The notes: a model not told the origin generated them from the letters alone. A DNA stretch of 64,000 bases from an uncultured beta proteobacterium (GCA_963738615.1 CAVTXI010000019.1:154771-218770); one strand, 5' to 3'. Shown: positions 39,535 to 60,022, counted from the stretch's first letter. Translations and numbers: made by a program.

Positions 39535-40644
39535 ATGACGATCACGCTCTTGCACGATCAGCGCGAAACCGCACACGCCGACAGCGCCGCCCACGGCGAT
39601 GAACTTTGGCTTGACGCCGCGGCCGTCGAAGCGGCGACGGGTTGGTTGTGGAAGCCCCAGGGCTTGTGCCACGGCGACATCTGCGTGCCGTTGCCTGCAG
39701 GGTCGAAGCACGAACTGGTTCGCGACAACCAGTTGAACATCGCGGCCACGTGGCGCCGCAGCGGTCAGCCCGTGGTGCATGACGCCGCTTCGCGCGTGTG
39801 GGTTCTGGGCACCGGGGCCGCGCAACGCGGCGCGGCGCTCGCGACGTTGATCGCACCCGACTTCGAGTTACCCGACCTCACAGGCCGGATTCATCGGTTG
39901 TCGCAATACCGAAGTCGCAAGGTCCTCTTACTCACCTGGGCCAGTTGGTGCGGGTGTCGCCTGGATCTGCCGGTGTGGCAGTCGGTGATGGAAGAACTGC
40001 AAGGTGAGCGCGCCAGCGAGGGCTTCACGATCGTCGCCGTGGCGCTGGACCATGCCGACGCGGCGCGGCCGTGGATCGAAGCCGCCAAACCCACCTACCC
40101 CTGCCTGATCGACCGCGACCATCACGTTGCGGACCTCTACAACATCGTCAACGTGCCGCAGGCGGTGTGGATCGACGAAGCCGGCCGCATCGTGCGGCCT
40201 CCCGAGACGGCAGGCTCGACCGACAGCTTCCGCTCGATGGACCGCACGACCGGCGCCATGCCCGAGGCGCAGAACGTCGAACGCGCGCGCACGAAGGCGC
40301 TGTACCTGGACGCCGTGCGCGATTGGGTGCGGCGCGGCGCGGCGAGCGCCAACGCGTTAAGTGCGCATCAAGCAGCGGCCAAGGTCGAGATTCCCGACGA
40401 CGCGATCGCCGAAGCGCACGCGCGGTTTCGTCTGGGCCAAGTCCTCGTGGGACGAGGCCAAGCCGACGAAGGCCGGGCGCAGATCGCACGCGCGACCGAG
40501 CTGCATCCGGACTCATGGGCGATGTGGCGAATGGCGGCGGCGAAGAACGAGCGTGGGCTCGCAGCGTCGGAGGCGTTCTGGGAGCGGGTCGATGCGCTGG
40601 GTGGGCGGCCGTACTACCGCTTGGCGGAGGTGGTCGGGTCGTAG
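39535..40644 (+). CDS. thioredoxin-fold (TlpA/redoxin-like) protein with N-terminal extension
   Basis: WASWCGCR active-site-like W-C-x-x-C in a thioredoxin-fold context. Confidence 0.55.
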   Translation: MTITLLHDQRETAHADSAAHGDELWLDAAAVEAATGWLWKPQGLCHGDICVPLPAGSKHELVRDNQLNIAATWRRSGQPVVHDAASRVWVLGTGAAQRGAALATLIAPDFELPDLTGRIHRLSQYRSRKVLLLTWASWCGCRLDLPVWQSVMEELQGERASEGFTIVAVALDHADAARPWIEAAKPTYPCLIDRDHHVADLYNIVNVPQAVWIDEAGRIVRPPETAGSTDSFRSMDRTTGAMPEAQNVERARTKALYLDAVRDWVRRGAASANALSAHQAAAKVEIPDDAIAEAHARFRLGQVLVGRGQADEGRAQIARATELHPDSWAMWRMAAAKNERGLAASEAFWERVDALGGRPYYRLAEVVGS

Positions 40645-40686
40645 GGGTAGCGGACGAGCAACCGGTCTGTCGCCCGCCGTGTGCGG

Positions 40687-41817
40687 TCAATCGAGTGTCT
40701 TGCGCCGGTTGACCCAGTTCTGAAACTCTGCGTCCTCGAAGCGATAGACGCCGTGATCGAGCTTGGCCATCACCAGCCGCGCTGGCGAGGTCAGCCGGCG
40801 CAGCGCGTTCCGCGGCGTGCTTGGCACAACGCCGGGCTCGCCCAGGATCGACGAAAGCTGCTGCAATGTGGCGGCGCTGAAGAAATCCTGGGTTCCGCGC
40901 GCTGCCAACAGCAGGACCGCGCGGTCGGCACGATGCAGTTGCCTCCACAGCTTGCCGTACCCGGCGTCATCGCTGACCGTCGCTCGGGTGTACTCGAGGG
41001 CTTCGTCGACCCCCTGCTGCTGGTACATGAGATAGCGTTCGAGGAAGCGGCGGAAGAACTCAGGGGTCTCCTCGAGTGCCTTGAACGCTGCCAGAGCTGC
41101 GTCCACCGCCAGCGGCCGTTTGGCCACGGCTGCGGTCTGTTTCACCATGGCCTGGACGAACTCGGCACCGAGCAACGGGAAGGGTTCGAGCGGCGCCCAG
41201 TTGAAGAAGGGTGCGGCTGCGCGAGAGAACATCTCTCGCAGCGCCGCCTCGGATGAACCCGCGAACAGCACCTTGATGAATGCCTTGCGGGTATCCAACC
41301 CGGCACGCAACGCGCGGGCTACGCCTTTGTGCTCTGGCGCCGTAAGTACCTGCGCTTCGTCGATGACCAGCAGGAGAGGCTTCTTCTTCGACTTGTCGGC
41401 GGCCTGCAGGGCCGCCTGGATCGCCGGCACCGCGAGTTTCTCCTTGTCGGCGAGGTCGATCTCCAGCGACCCCTCCAGTCCCAGAGGAGCGACCTTTCCG
41501 CCGCCCTTCAGCTTCTTCACGGGCGCGTTCAGGCTCTGCCAGAACTTCGCAACTCCCCGCGCCGCAACCGCCTCGACGAGGGCTGCGGCGATCGCCTGGC
41601 CCGGGTGATCGGCGTCTTCCCACAGGTTCACATAGGCCGTCCGGTAGCCCGCGTTGCGAGCGGCCGGCAGCATGTCGCGGCTGAGGAACTGCGTCTTTCC
41701 CATGCGGCGCCGGGCGAACAGGCCGCGCGCTGACGTGAGGCCAAGCGAGAAGCCCTGGAGATAGGCTTGGGCGAGCTCGGGGCGCGCGTAGTGCCAGGGG
41801 TCGTCGCTCTGCATCAT
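40687..41817 (-). CDS. ATPase_2 (archaeal-type AAA) family ATP-binding protein
   Basis: P-loop FARRRMGKTQFL of the G/A-RRR-x-GKT type, Walker B LLLVIDEAQ, about 376 aa. Confidence 0.7.
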   Translation of the reverse strand: MMQSDDPWHYARPELAQAYLQGFSLGLTSARGLFARRRMGKTQFLSRDMLPAARNAGYRTAYVNLWEDADHPGQAIAAALVEAVAARGVAKFWQSLNAPVKKLKGGGKVAPLGLEGSLEIDLADKEKLAVPAIQAALQAADKSKKKPLLLVIDEAQVLTAPEHKGVARALRAGLDTRKAFIKVLFAGSSEAALREMFSRAAAPFFNWAPLEPFPLLGAEFVQAMVKQTAAVAKRPLAVDAALAAFKALEETPEFFRRFLERYLMYQQQGVDEALEYTRATVSDDAGYGKLWRQLHRADRAVLLLAARGTQDFFSAATLQQLSSILGEPGVVPSTPRNALRRLTSPARLVMAKLDHGVYRFEDAEFQNWVNRRKTLD

Positions 41818-41934
41818 GTGCCGATTTTGGCACTGATTTCCAGATCTTTGCTAATTGGCAAAGTGGTGGAAAAGAGTGCCAAAACTCGTCTCGGCTCGTG
41901 TCAGACGAAGCGAGGTGCAGTCGCGATCAACAGC

Positions 41935-42060
41935 GCAAGCCGCTGGAAGCGGGCGACCTGGGCGTTGATGCGTTCGAACTGCGCGTTGCGGTCCGGGTGC
42001 ACGGTGCCTTCGAGCGTCTTGCGGTTGCCCTGCCGCCTAAGGTGCTCATGCACCTTGATC
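41935..42060 (-). pseudogene. ISAzo13-family transposase fragment (about 40 codons)
   Basis: Minus-strand translation VHEHLRRQGNRKTLEGTVHPDRNAQFERINAQVARFQ carries the HPDR(D/N)AQFE(H/R)IN motif of ISAzo13 DDE transposases; no flanking IS body. Confidence 0.45.
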
Positions 42061-42081
42061 CTTACGGCAGTCTGCCGTAAG
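42061..42081 (+). promoter_or_regulatory. perfect 10-1-10 palindrome CTTACGGCAG-T-CTGCCGTAAG upstream of the DUF1778 antitoxin (candidate TA operator)
   Basis: Seen directly; lies about 20 nt before a GGAGG RBS and the ATG at 42101. Confidence 0.55.
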
Positions 42082-42100
42082 ATTCCCAGCGGAGGTCATC

Positions 42101-42379
42101 ATGGCAACCGATCAGATCGCACGCCTCGAAGCTCGACTGCCGGCCAGCGTGTACGCCCTGCTGAAGCGCGCGGCCGAGCTGAAGGGGCGCAGCATCACCG
42201 ATTTCGTCGTCAGTGCGGCTCAGGACGCAGCCCAACGTGCGATCGAAGACGACGGGATCATCCGCCTGTCCGCGGAAGATCAGCGACGCTTCGCCGAAGC
42301 ACTCATCCGGCCGCCGGCACCGAACGCGGCATTGAAGCGTGCCATGCGCCGCCACGCCAAGAACGTCGAGGTGCGGTGA
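42101..42379 (+). CDS. DUF1778 family antitoxin (TacA/KacA-like RHH)
   Basis: 92 aa MATDQIARLEARLPASVYALLKRAAELKGRSITDFVV..; the GNAT toxin gene overlaps its stop. Confidence 0.75.
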   Translation: MATDQIARLEARLPASVYALLKRAAELKGRSITDFVVSAAQDAAQRAIEDDGIIRLSAEDQRRFAEALIRPPAPNAALKRAMRRHAKNVEVR

Positions 42380-42891
42380 CAGCTTTCTTCTCGGAAGCCC
42401 TCGGCAAGCAAGATCGTTCCGCTTTCGCCAGCGGCAACGATCGCATCGACACCTACTTCGGGCAGACGGTCTCGCAGGACGTGAAGCGCGACTACGCCGC
42501 GTGCTACGTGCTCATCGAAAGGGCGAGCGCGAAGATCGCCGGCTTCTACACGCTGTCGTCGCACAGCATCCCGCTCATCGAACTGGCACCTGACGTGGCC
42601 CGCAAGCTGCCGCGCTACCCGAGCGTGTCGGCCGTGCTGATCGGCTGGCTCGGCCGCGACGCGAGCTTTCGCGGGCAGCATGTCGGCCCCATGCTCCTGG
42701 CCGACGCGATCACGCGGCTTGCCGCGGCGCCGATGGGCCTGCACGCGATCTGCGTCGACGCCATCGACGACGCGGCCGCGGCCTTCTACCGCGAGCACCA
42801 GTTCCAGCCCTTTGTCAGCCGACCGAACGCTTTCTATCTGTCGATGAAGACGGCGCTTTTGCTGGTGGCGAAGGGGCCGCGCAAGTCGTGA
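42376..42891 (+). CDS. GNAT-family acetyltransferase toxin (TacT/KacT/AtaT-like)
   Basis: GTG start overlapping the antitoxin stop (GTGA); an acetyl-CoA-binding Q/R-x-x-G-x-G/A-like segment (RGQHVGPMLL) in about 171 aa. Confidence 0.7.
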   Translation: MTAFFSEALGKQDRSAFASGNDRIDTYFGQTVSQDVKRDYAACYVLIERASAKIAGFYTLSSHSIPLIELAPDVARKLPRYPSVSAVLIGWLGRDASFRGQHVGPMLLADAITRLAAAPMGLHAICVDAIDDAAAAFYREHQFQPFVSRPNAFYLSMKTALLLVAKGPRKS

Positions 42892-42930
42892 TGCGAACCC
42901 AACGCGCGCCGGAGCGCGCCTCTCACGCAT

Positions 42931-42958
42931 GAAAAAGCCGGCCCTCTCGGGCCGGCTT
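42931..42958 (-). terminator. rho-independent terminator of rpoC, bidirectional with the toxin gene
   Basis: Stem AGCCGGCCC-TCTC-GGGCCGGCT with a U-tract on the minus strand (aaaaag on plus). Confidence 0.7.
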
Positions 42959-42996
42959 TGCGCTGATGGACGCGACTCGTAGCGTCGCGTTGGACA

Positions 42997-47315
<4,319 letters not shown>

Positions 47316-47336
47316 GGTCTTTCCTCTTTCCTTTGA

Positions 47337-51467
<4,131 letters not shown>

Positions 51468-51720
51468 GGATGGATCACTCCGTCTCGAGAAGCTTCCCTG
51501 TGGCCGCAGGGTCGCTTCGTCGGCGACTGGCTGACTCACGCGTCGCCGGTGCGCGGCGCGTGACAGCTTGGCGGCTGGCCACTACCAGCCTCTGGCGGAC
51601 AACCGTGAATCGCGAACATGCCTGCCGGCATGGGCTCACGGCCCGACCAAACTCGGTTCTCTGCAGTCGGGTCAGAGAACACTGCGAAACCCGTTCGCGC
51701 CGGGCTTCGCGGTGTGCTCT

Positions 51721-51746
51721 CCCTCTGCCGCGGTAGCGGCAGAGGG
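51721..51746 (-). promoter_or_regulatory. rplL-rpoB intergenic attenuator hairpin
   Basis: Palindrome CCCTCTGCCG-CGGTAG-CGGCAGAGGG just downstream of the rplL stop, with no strong U-tract (partial terminator). Confidence 0.55.
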
Positions 51747-51755
51747 ATGCGTGAA

Positions 51756-52133
<378 letters not shown>

Positions 52134-52198
52134 TTGAGATTCCTCGTGGTTCTATGAATGTGTGATGTCGAAATCGATCGTCGGTTCGCTGGTTCGGT

Positions 52199-52777
52199 TC
52201 AGGCCGCCGGGGCAGCGGCGACTTCGCCACCACCACCTTCGGCACCGCCGCCCTCAGCACTGCCGCTGTCAGCACTGCCGCTGTCTGCGCCGCCACCCTT
52301 CTTCAGCGCCACCTGGCCCAGGGCCACGGCGATGCGTTGGATGGGTGACTTCAGCAGCCCGGCGATCTGCCCCAGCAGCACTTCGCGGCTGGGGATGGCA
52401 GCCAGCGACAGCACGCCCTTGGCATCCAGCACCTTGCCGGCAAACGCGCCGGCCTTGACGATCAACTTGTCGTTGCCCTTGGCGAAGTCGGCCATGACTT
52501 TGGCCGCCGCCACGGCGTCATCGGAAAAGCCGTAGATCAGCGGGCCGCTCATGGCGTCGGCGGCAACTTCGAAGCTCGTGCCCTTGACGGCACGGCGCAC
52601 GAGTGTGTTCTTCAGCACGTGAAGATAAACACCCTTGCTCCGCGCGTCGACGCGCAGCTTGTTCAGTTGCTCGACCGTGATGCCACGATATTCGGCCATC
52701 GCCAGCGTCTGTGCCTTCGCGGCTTGCGCCGACACATCCGCGACCACGGCAGCTTTCTCGTCGCGAGTAAGACTCAA
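52199..52777 (-). CDS. rplJ: 50S ribosomal protein L10 (TTG start; Gly/Ser/Ala-rich C-terminal tail with a 15-bp tandem duplication)
   Basis: [35 protein letters not shown].. after an AAAGGAG RBS; tail ..[27 protein letters not shown]. Confidence 0.9.
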   Translation of the reverse strand: MSLTRDEKAAVVADVSAQAAKAQTLAMAEYRGITVEQLNKLRVDARSKGVYLHVLKNTLVRRAVKGTSFEVAADAMSGPLIYGFSDDAVAAAKVMADFAKGNDKLIVKAGAFAGKVLDAKGVLSLAAIPSREVLLGQIAGLLKSPIQRIAVALGQVALKKGGGADSGSADSGSAEGGGAEGGGGEVAAAPAA

Positions 52778-53024
52778 GGTCTGCTCCTTTCGATAACGCG
52801 GATCGGCATCTCGGCCTTTCCGCACCGGTTTCGGCGACCTTCTGCATCCGAGGACTTGCGTCCACCATCACACAGCGGGTTCGCCATCTGCGCTGGCCAC
52901 CTTCACCGATCAAAACCGGTTCGGGCATTTAGGAAACCTCGTGGCGCGAGCCCTTCGGTTTCACCAGCGGTCTTGGATGGCCCGCAGGAAGCGCAACGAC
53001 TCCCCGCAGCCCACCATTCCTAAC
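52778..53024 (-). promoter_or_regulatory. rplJ (L10) leader region, candidate L10(L12)4 autoregulatory element
   Basis: About 245-nt untranslated gap between rplA and rplJ, as in other bacteria; structure not verified. Confidence 0.35.
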
Positions 53025-53738
53025 CTATTGCGCTGCGGCCTGAGCCGCCAGCGTCGATACGTCCACGCGTGCGCCCACGCCCATCGTCGAGCTGAGCGCG
53101 ACCTTGCGCAGGTAGATGCCTTTGCTCGACGACGGCTTGGACTTGTTCAGCGCTTCGAGCAGCGCCTTCAGGTTGCCGACCAGCTTCGCGTCATCGAACG
53201 AACGCCGACCGATGGTGGCGTGCACGATGCCGGCCTTGTCGACACGGAACTGCACCTGACCGGCCTTGGCGTTCTTCACCGCCGTGGCAACGTCGGGCGT
53301 GACCGTGCCGACCTTCGGGTTCGGCATCAGGCCGCGCGGACCGAGGATCTGGCCCAGCGTGCCGACCACGCGCATCGTGTCGGGCGACGCGATCAGCACA
53401 TCGAAGTCGATCTTGCCGGCCTTGATGTCGGCGGCCAGGTCGTCCATGCCAACGATTTCGGCGCCCGCGGCCTTAGCCTCTTCGGCCTTGGCGCCCTGGG
53501 CGAACACCGCCACGCGCTTGGTCTTGCCGGTGCCGTTGGGCATGACGACAGCGCCGCGAACCACCTGATCGGACTTCTTGGCGTCGATGCCGAGCTGCAC
53601 CGCCACATCGATCGATTCGTCGAACTTCGCGGTGGCGTACTGCTTGACCAGCGTGACGGCTTCGTCAATGGCGTACAGCTTGTTGCTGTCGACCTTGCCC
53701 TGTTGGGCCTTGGCCTTCTTGGTGAGTTTGCCGGCCAT
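53025..53738 (-). CDS. rplA: 50S ribosomal protein L1
   Basis: 237 aa [17 protein letters not shown].. Confidence 0.97.
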   Translation of the reverse strand: MAGKLTKKAKAQQGKVDSNKLYAIDEAVTLVKQYATAKFDESIDVAVQLGIDAKKSDQVVRGAVVMPNGTGKTKRVAVFAQGAKAEEAKAAGAEIVGMDDLAADIKAGKIDFDVLIASPDTMRVVGTLGQILGPRGLMPNPKVGTVTPDVATAVKNAKAGQVQFRVDKAGIVHATIGRRSFDDAKLVGNLKALLEALNKSKPSSSKGIYLRKVALSSTMGVGARVDVSTLAAQAAAQ

Positions 53739-53740
53739 GA

Positions 53741-54172
53741 TCAGACTCCCTCGACCGTGACACCCATCGAGCGGGCGGAACCAGCAACGATCTTCACCGC
53801 GGCGTCGAGGCTCGCGGCGTTCAGATCCTTCATCTTGATCTTCGCGATCTCTTCGAGCTGCTCGCGGGTGATCTTGCCGACCTTGTCCAGGTGCGGCTTG
53901 CCCGAGCCCTTCTCGAGCTTCAGCGCCTTCTTGATCAGCACCGTGGCGGGTGGCGTCTTGAGGATGAAGGTGAACGTCTTGTCGGCGAAGGCGGTGATCA
54001 CCACGGGCAGCATCAGCCCGGGCTCCATGCCCTGGGTCTGGGCGTTGAACGCCTTGCAGAACTCCATGATGTTCAGGCCGCGTTGGCCCAGCGCCGGGCC
54101 GACCGGCGGCGAGGGGTTGGCCTTGCCAGCCGGAATTTGCAGCTTGATGAAGCCGACGATCTTCTTTGCCAT
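53741..54172 (-). CDS. rplK: 50S ribosomal protein L11
   Basis: 143 aa [43 protein letters not shown]. Confidence 0.97.
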   Translation of the reverse strand: MAKKIVGFIKLQIPAGKANPSPPVGPALGQRGLNIMEFCKAFNAQTQGMEPGLMLPVVITAFADKTFTFILKTPPATVLIKKALKLEKGSGKPHLDKVGKITREQLEEIAKIKMKDLNAASLDAAVKIVAGSARSMGVTVEGV

Positions 54173-54291
54173 GTGGCGAAGCTCCTAGTTGAGTTCAAAC
54201 GCCTTGCCGATCACGGATCGGTTCGGCTCCTCGTTGCCCTGTTCGATCTGCCTCGCGCCGCCGGGCATCCGCGGCGCGAGCGTTGTTCAAT
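54173..54291 (-). promoter_or_regulatory. rplK leader, candidate L1-binding autoregulatory site
   Basis: 119-nt gap between nusG and rplK; by analogy only. Confidence 0.3.
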
Positions 54292-54876
54292 TCAAATCTT
54301 CTCGACCTGCGCGAAGTCCAGCTCGACCGGAGTCGCACGACCAAAGATCGTGACGCTGACGCGCACCTTCGACTTCTCGTAGTTCACGTCTTCCACCGCG
54401 CCGTTGAAGTCCGTGAACGGACCTTCTTTCACGCGAACGAGTTCGCCGACCAGCCACTCGACCTTTGGCCGCGGCTTGTCGACGCCTTCTTGCATCTGGT
54501 TGTGGATCTTCATCACCTCGGCTTCGGACACCGGCGCCGGCCGGTTCTTCGCGCCGCCAACGAAACCGGTGACCTTGCTGGTGTGCTTCACGAGGTGCCA
54601 GGACTCGTCGTCCATGATCATCTCGACGAACACGTAGCCGGGGAAGAAGCGCCGCTCGGTGATCGCCTTCTTGCCGTTCTTCAACTCGCCGACTTTCTCG
54701 GTGGGCACGAGGATTCGGCCGAACTTGGCCTGCATGCCCGAACGGTCGATGCGCTCGCGCAGGTTGCGCTCGACGGCCTTTTCCATACCCGAGTAGGCGT
54801 GCACCACGTACCAGCGCAGGGCGCTGGGCGCGGCGGTGAGTGTGGCGTCGGCGGCGGTGATGCTTGTATCAGTCAT
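54292..54876 (-). CDS. nusG: transcription termination/antitermination factor NusG
   Basis: 194 aa with NGN and KOW domains ([14 protein letters not shown].. [16 protein letters not shown]). Confidence 0.95.
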   Translation of the reverse strand: MTDTSITAADATLTAAPSALRWYVVHAYSGMEKAVERNLRERIDRSGMQAKFGRILVPTEKVGELKNGKKAITERRFFPGYVFVEMIMDDESWHLVKHTSKVTGFVGGAKNRPAPVSEAEVMKIHNQMQEGVDKPRPKVEWLVGELVRVKEGPFTDFNGAVEDVNYEKSKVRVSVTIFGRATPVELDFAQVEKI

Positions 54877-54879
54877 GAC

Positions 54880-55269
54880 TCATCGCTTCCAGCGCAGGAT
54901 CAGGTCGTAGATCAACCATTCGACGGTCTTGTCCGTGGCCCACAGGAAAAGCGCCATCACGACGACAAAGGCGAAAACGTAGCCCGTCATCTGCATCGCC
55001 TCTTGCTTGGTCGGCCAGACAACTTTCGTGACTTCGCGGTACGAGTCGCGGCCGAAGGCGATCAGGCGCTTGCCGGTTTCGGAGGTGAAGAACACCGCCA
55101 CGCCCGCTGCCAGCAACACGACCAGAGCCGCGACGCGTTGCCACAAGTCGCGGCCGCCCAGCGCGTAGTACGCGACGAGCGCAGCCACCACAAGCAACGC
55201 CGCGGCAGCGACCTTGGCCTTGTCGGCACCGGTGCTGACGTTTTCGACGGCGGTGTTGGAGGTGGACAT
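54880..55269 (-). CDS. secE: preprotein translocase subunit SecE
   Basis: 129 aa, three TM helices, conserved C-terminal TM (EAMQMTGYVFAFVVVMALFLW). Confidence 0.9.
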   Translation of the reverse strand: MSTSNTAVENVSTGADKAKVAAAALLVVAALVAYYALGGRDLWQRVAALVVLLAAGVAVFFTSETGKRLIAFGRDSYREVTKVVWPTKQEAMQMTGYVFAFVVVMALFLWATDKTVEWLIYDLILRWKR

Positions 55270-55340
55270 GAATTGCTTCTGAATCCAGGATTCGTCGCCG
55301 CACGCGCCGGGGAAACCGGAACGTGCGGCGACTCACGTGT

Positions 55341-55416
55341 TGGCAGGGGCAGAGGGGATCGAACCCCCGACCTTCGGTTTTGGAGACCGACGCTCTGCCA
55401 GTTGAGCTATGCCCCT
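55341..55416 (-). tRNA. tRNA-Trp (anticodon CCA)
   Basis: Minus-strand sequence AGGGGCATAGCTCAACTGGCAGAGCGTCGGTCTCCAAAACCGAAGGTCGGGGGTTCGATCCCCTCTGCCCCTGCCA folds as a cloverleaf with encoded CCA. Confidence 0.9.
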
Positions 55417-55425
55417 ACGGTTCGC

Positions 55426-56616
<1,191 letters not shown>

Positions 56617-56695
56617 GTCAACCTCTGAGGAAATGAAGTGCGCCAGCGACGCGATCGAAAGGGTTCGAGCGGCGAACCCGGTGCCCGTCCGGGAT

Positions 56696-56770
<75 letters not shown>

Positions 56771-56854
56771 TCGACAAAGGTTTGGGCCAACCGACCGCGG
56801 ACTCAAACCCTTGGCGACAACGAATCGCGACAACGAAAACAGACTTACGCGGGT

Positions 56855-56928
56855 TGGAGCGGGAGACGGGAATCGAACCCGCGTCATCAGCTTGGAAGGC
56901 TGGGGTTCTACCATTGAACTACTCCCGC
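56855..56928 (-). tRNA. tRNA-Gly (anticodon TCC)
   Basis: GCGGGAGTAGTTCAATGGTAGAACCCCAGCCTTCCAAGCTGATGACGCGGGTTCGATTCCCGTCTCCCGCTCCA on the minus strand. Confidence 0.9.
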
Positions 56929-57008
56929 AAAGCCCCTCCCGCGCCTCGAACCACGGCCCGACGCCGATCGCTAATCACCCTGTCGGACCAAACTGCATCG
57001 AGGTGACT

Positions 57009-57094
57009 TGGTGGAGGAGGCTGGATTCGAACCAGCGTAGGCGTAAGCCAACAGATTTACAGTCTGCCCCCTTTAGCCACTCGGGCACCCCTCC
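57009..57094 (-). tRNA. tRNA-Tyr (anticodon GTA), long variable arm
   Basis: GGAGGGGTGCCCGAGTGGCTAAAGGGGGCAGACTGTAAATCTGTTGGCTTACGCCTACGCTGGTTCGAATCCAGCCTCCTCCACCA on the minus strand. Confidence 0.9.
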
Positions 57095-57230
57095 AAGGCG
57101 AGCCCGCGAGTATATCCGCATCCGCGTGCCCCGAAGCCGTCGCGCAACTGATCGCTTCGACAGCGGTGCAGCGCCGAAACATCTCAGGTTAGCGCTCGCC
57201 AACTTGTCATCGGATGGCTGGCGCCCGCGG

Positions 57231-58031
57231 TCACGCCCCGTCGTCGAACAGCGCTGCCAGCGCCATGCCGGGATCGGGTTGCCGCATGAACGCTTCGCCG
57301 ACCAGGAACGTGTGGACACCGCGCGCGCGCATTCGCGCAACGTCCTCCGCGCTCGCGATGCCGGACTCGGTGATGACGATCCGTTCGGCAGGCATGTTCT
57401 CGAGCAGCGACAGCGTGGTGTCGAGCGATACATCGAACGTGCGCAGGTTGCGGTTGTTGACACCCACCAGCGGTGTCGCGAGCCGCAGCGCGCGCTCGAG
57501 TTCGGCCGCGTCATGCACCTCGACCAGTACCGCCATGCGCAGCGTATGCGCGTGCGCCTCGAAGTCGGCCATACGCGCATCGTCGAGACACGCAGCGATC
57601 AACAGGATGGCGTCGGCGCCCATCGCGCGTGCCTCGTCGATCTGATAGGCATCGACGATGAAGTCCTTGCGCAGCACCGGCAGGCTGCAGGCGCCGCGGG
57701 CGGCTTCGAGCGCCCATTGACCGCCTTGGAAGAAGCGTTCGTCGGTCAACACCGACAGACACGCAGCGCCGTGGCGCGCATAGCTCGACGCGATGGTGGC
57801 TGGGTCGAAGGGGTCGCGCAGCAGGCCTTTGCTGGGGCTGGCTTTTTTGGCCTCGGCGATGACGGCGGCCTGGCCGGCGCCAAGCTTGGTGCGCAGCGCA
57901 CCCACGAAGTCGCGCACGTCCGTGCGCTCGCGCGCGCGAGCTCGCATGCGAACGGCGTCGACCTTCGCCTTCGCCGCGACCACCTCCTCGTGCTTGACGG
58001 CGACGATGCGTTCGAGGATGTCGCTCGACAT
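57231..58031 (-). CDS. trpC: indole-3-glycerol phosphate synthase
   Basis: 266 aa with conserved IGPS blocks ([35 protein letters not shown]). Confidence 0.93.
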   Translation of the reverse strand: MSSDILERIVAVKHEEVVAAKAKVDAVRMRARARERTDVRDFVGALRTKLGAGQAAVIAEAKKASPSKGLLRDPFDPATIASSYARHGAACLSVLTDERFFQGGQWALEAARGACSLPVLRKDFIVDAYQIDEARAMGADAILLIAACLDDARMADFEAHAHTLRMAVLVEVHDAAELERALRLATPLVGVNNRNLRTFDVSLDTTLSLLENMPAERIVITESGIASAEDVARMRARGVHTFLVGEAFMRQPDPGMALAALFDDGA

Positions 58032-58037
58032 GGGACG

Positions 58038-59078
58038 TCAGGCCGCCGCAGGCGCCAGCGCACGCGCTGCCGCCACGAACTGCTCGCGCTTGTGGCGCGC
58101 CTTGCCCGATGCAATCGCGTCGCGCGCCATCGCCACACCTTCGGCCATCGTCTTCGCGATGTCCGCCGCGTAGAGCGCCACGCCGGCATTCAGCATCACG
58201 ATGTCGCGTGCCGCGCCGGGTTCATTGGCGAGCACGGCGTCGATCAGCGCCTGGCTTTGCGCCGCATCGTCGACCTTCAACGAACGGTTCGACGCCATCG
58301 ACAGACCGAAATCCTCGGGGTGGATCTCGTATTCGGTCACCTTGCCATCTTTCAACTCACCGACCATGGTGGCCGCGCCCAGCGACACCTCGTCCATGCC
58401 GTCGCGGCCCCACACCACCACCGCGTGGCGCGCGCCCAGTTTCTCGAGCGCGCGCACTTGAATGCCGACCAAGTCCGAGTGGAAGACACCCATCAGGATG
58501 TTCAGCGCGCCCGCCGGGTTGGTCAGCGGCCCGAGGATGTTGAAGATCGTTCGCACGCCCAGTTCCTTGCGGATCGGCGCGACGTTCTTCATCGCCGGAT
58601 GGTGATTCGGCGCGAACATGAAGCCAATGCCCGTCTGGTCGATGCAGCGCGACACCGCCTGCGGCGACAGGTTCATCGGCACGCCCATCGCCTCGAGCAC
58701 GTCGGCGCTGCCGCTCTTGCTCGACACACTGCGGTTGCCGTGTTTGCTGACACGCGCGCCGGCGGCCGCAGCGACGAACATCGAGCAGGTGCTGATATTG
58801 AAGGTGTGCGAGGCGTCGCCGCCTGTGCCGACGATGTCGAGCAGATTCGCCTTGTCGGCCACCTCGACCTTGGTGGAGAACTCGCGCATCACCTGCGCTG
58901 CCGCGGTGATCTCACCGATGGTTTCCTTCTTGACGCGCAGGCCGATCAGCAGCGCCGCCGCCATCGCGGGCGACATCTCGCCGCCCATGATGCGGCGCAT
59001 CAGCGCCAGCATCTCGTCATGGAAAATTTCGCGGTGCTCGATGACGCGCGTAAGCGCCTCGGTGTTGCTGATGGGCAT
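58038..59078 (-). CDS. trpD: anthranilate phosphoribosyltransferase
   Basis: GTGGD and KHGNRS motifs; probable start MPISNTEAL inside the 355-aa ORF. Confidence 0.93.
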   Translation of the reverse strand: MPISNTEALTRVIEHREIFHDEMLALMRRIMGGEMSPAMAAALLIGLRVKKETIGEITAAAQVMREFSTKVEVADKANLLDIVGTGGDASHTFNISTCSMFVAAAAGARVSKHGNRSVSSKSGSADVLEAMGVPMNLSPQAVSRCIDQTGIGFMFAPNHHPAMKNVAPIRKELGVRTIFNILGPLTNPAGALNILMGVFHSDLVGIQVRALEKLGARHAVVVWGRDGMDEVSLGAATMVGELKDGKVTEYEIHPEDFGLSMASNRSLKVDDAAQSQALIDAVLANEPGAARDIVMLNAGVALYAADIAKTMAEGVAMARDAIASGKARHKREQFVAAARALAPAAA

Positions 59079-59165
59079 GGCGACGCTCGCTGGCGGGAAG
59101 GCCAAGGGGCCGCGAGTCTAGTTCACGGCATCCGCGCTACACCTCCGGCGCTGCGGGCGAACCCG

Positions 59166-59828
59166 TCAGAAATCGAATGTCAGCCCGACGTTGAGCGCCA
59201 TGAGTCTGGCCTTGTCGTTAGAAGCCACGCTGCCGTACTTCGCACGCGCGACGTCGAAGCTGCCGTCGAGTGACAAGTAGCGCGTCAGGCGATAGCCGAT
59301 CCCGGCGCCGAAATAGGGCTGCCAAGAGGCTGTGACGCCTGTTGCTTTGCCCGTCGTGACAACCGTGTTGTCCGAGATCTTGTAGGTAATCTCGGTCGTG
59401 CTCTGCTTCGCTTGGACCGACACGAGACCAGCACGACCGACAAAGTGCAGCTTGTCACCGGCAGGAAACGTGAACGCGACGCCGAGTGCGGGTCCGGCGG
59501 CGTCGATAGACGCAAAGCGTTCGATTTCACGGTCAGGGACTGGTGTTGGTTCTATCGCGCCCGGGAGGGTTTCGAGTGGTACGTAGCGCACAAAGGTCTT
59601 CATCTTGCCGAAGCCGATGTAGCCGCCTTCGATCGCGATCCACGAATTGAAGCGATACCCGAGAACGGCGCGGTACGAGGTGTCCTCGCGGTCGCAGACC
59701 GAAACTGCGACGCACGCGCTGTCGTTGCCTGACCAGTTGCTGACGCCCAATCCGAGGCTGCCGTAGACCTGCGCGGAAGCGGCTGCGGACATCGACAACG
59801 CGGCAAGGGCGAACGCGATTTTCTTCAT
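59166..59828 (-). CDS. outer-membrane beta-barrel protein (OmpA-like TM domain / OmpW-like)
   Basis: Start MKKIAFALAALSMSAAASAQ signal peptide, alternating hydrophobic beta-strands, C-terminal ..LTFDF; by eye lower GC than the neighbours. Confidence 0.7.
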   Translation of the reverse strand: MKKIAFALAALSMSAAASAQVYGSLGLGVSNWSGNDSACVAVSVCDREDTSYRAVLGYRFNSWIAIEGGYIGFGKMKTFVRYVPLETLPGAIEPTPVPDREIERFASIDAAGPALGVAFTFPAGDKLHFVGRAGLVSVQAKQSTTEITYKISDNTVVTTGKATGVTASWQPYFGAGIGYRLTRYLSLDGSFDVARAKYGSVASNDKARLMALNVGLTFDF

Positions 59829-60022
59829 TTGTGGGCTCCTGAAATGGACGATGGAAGACGGATCTCGGCGGCGAGCGGCGCCCTTCCTGTTCGCCCCCTT
59901 CGCGATGCGGTATTGGACCAGCCTCGACAACAGGGCGCAGCCCGCAAGTCGCACATTCTTCACGTGATCGGGCGTCGCGTTGTGAGAAGTTGACGAATTC
60001 GCCGAGGCCTGCCGCCGCGCTT

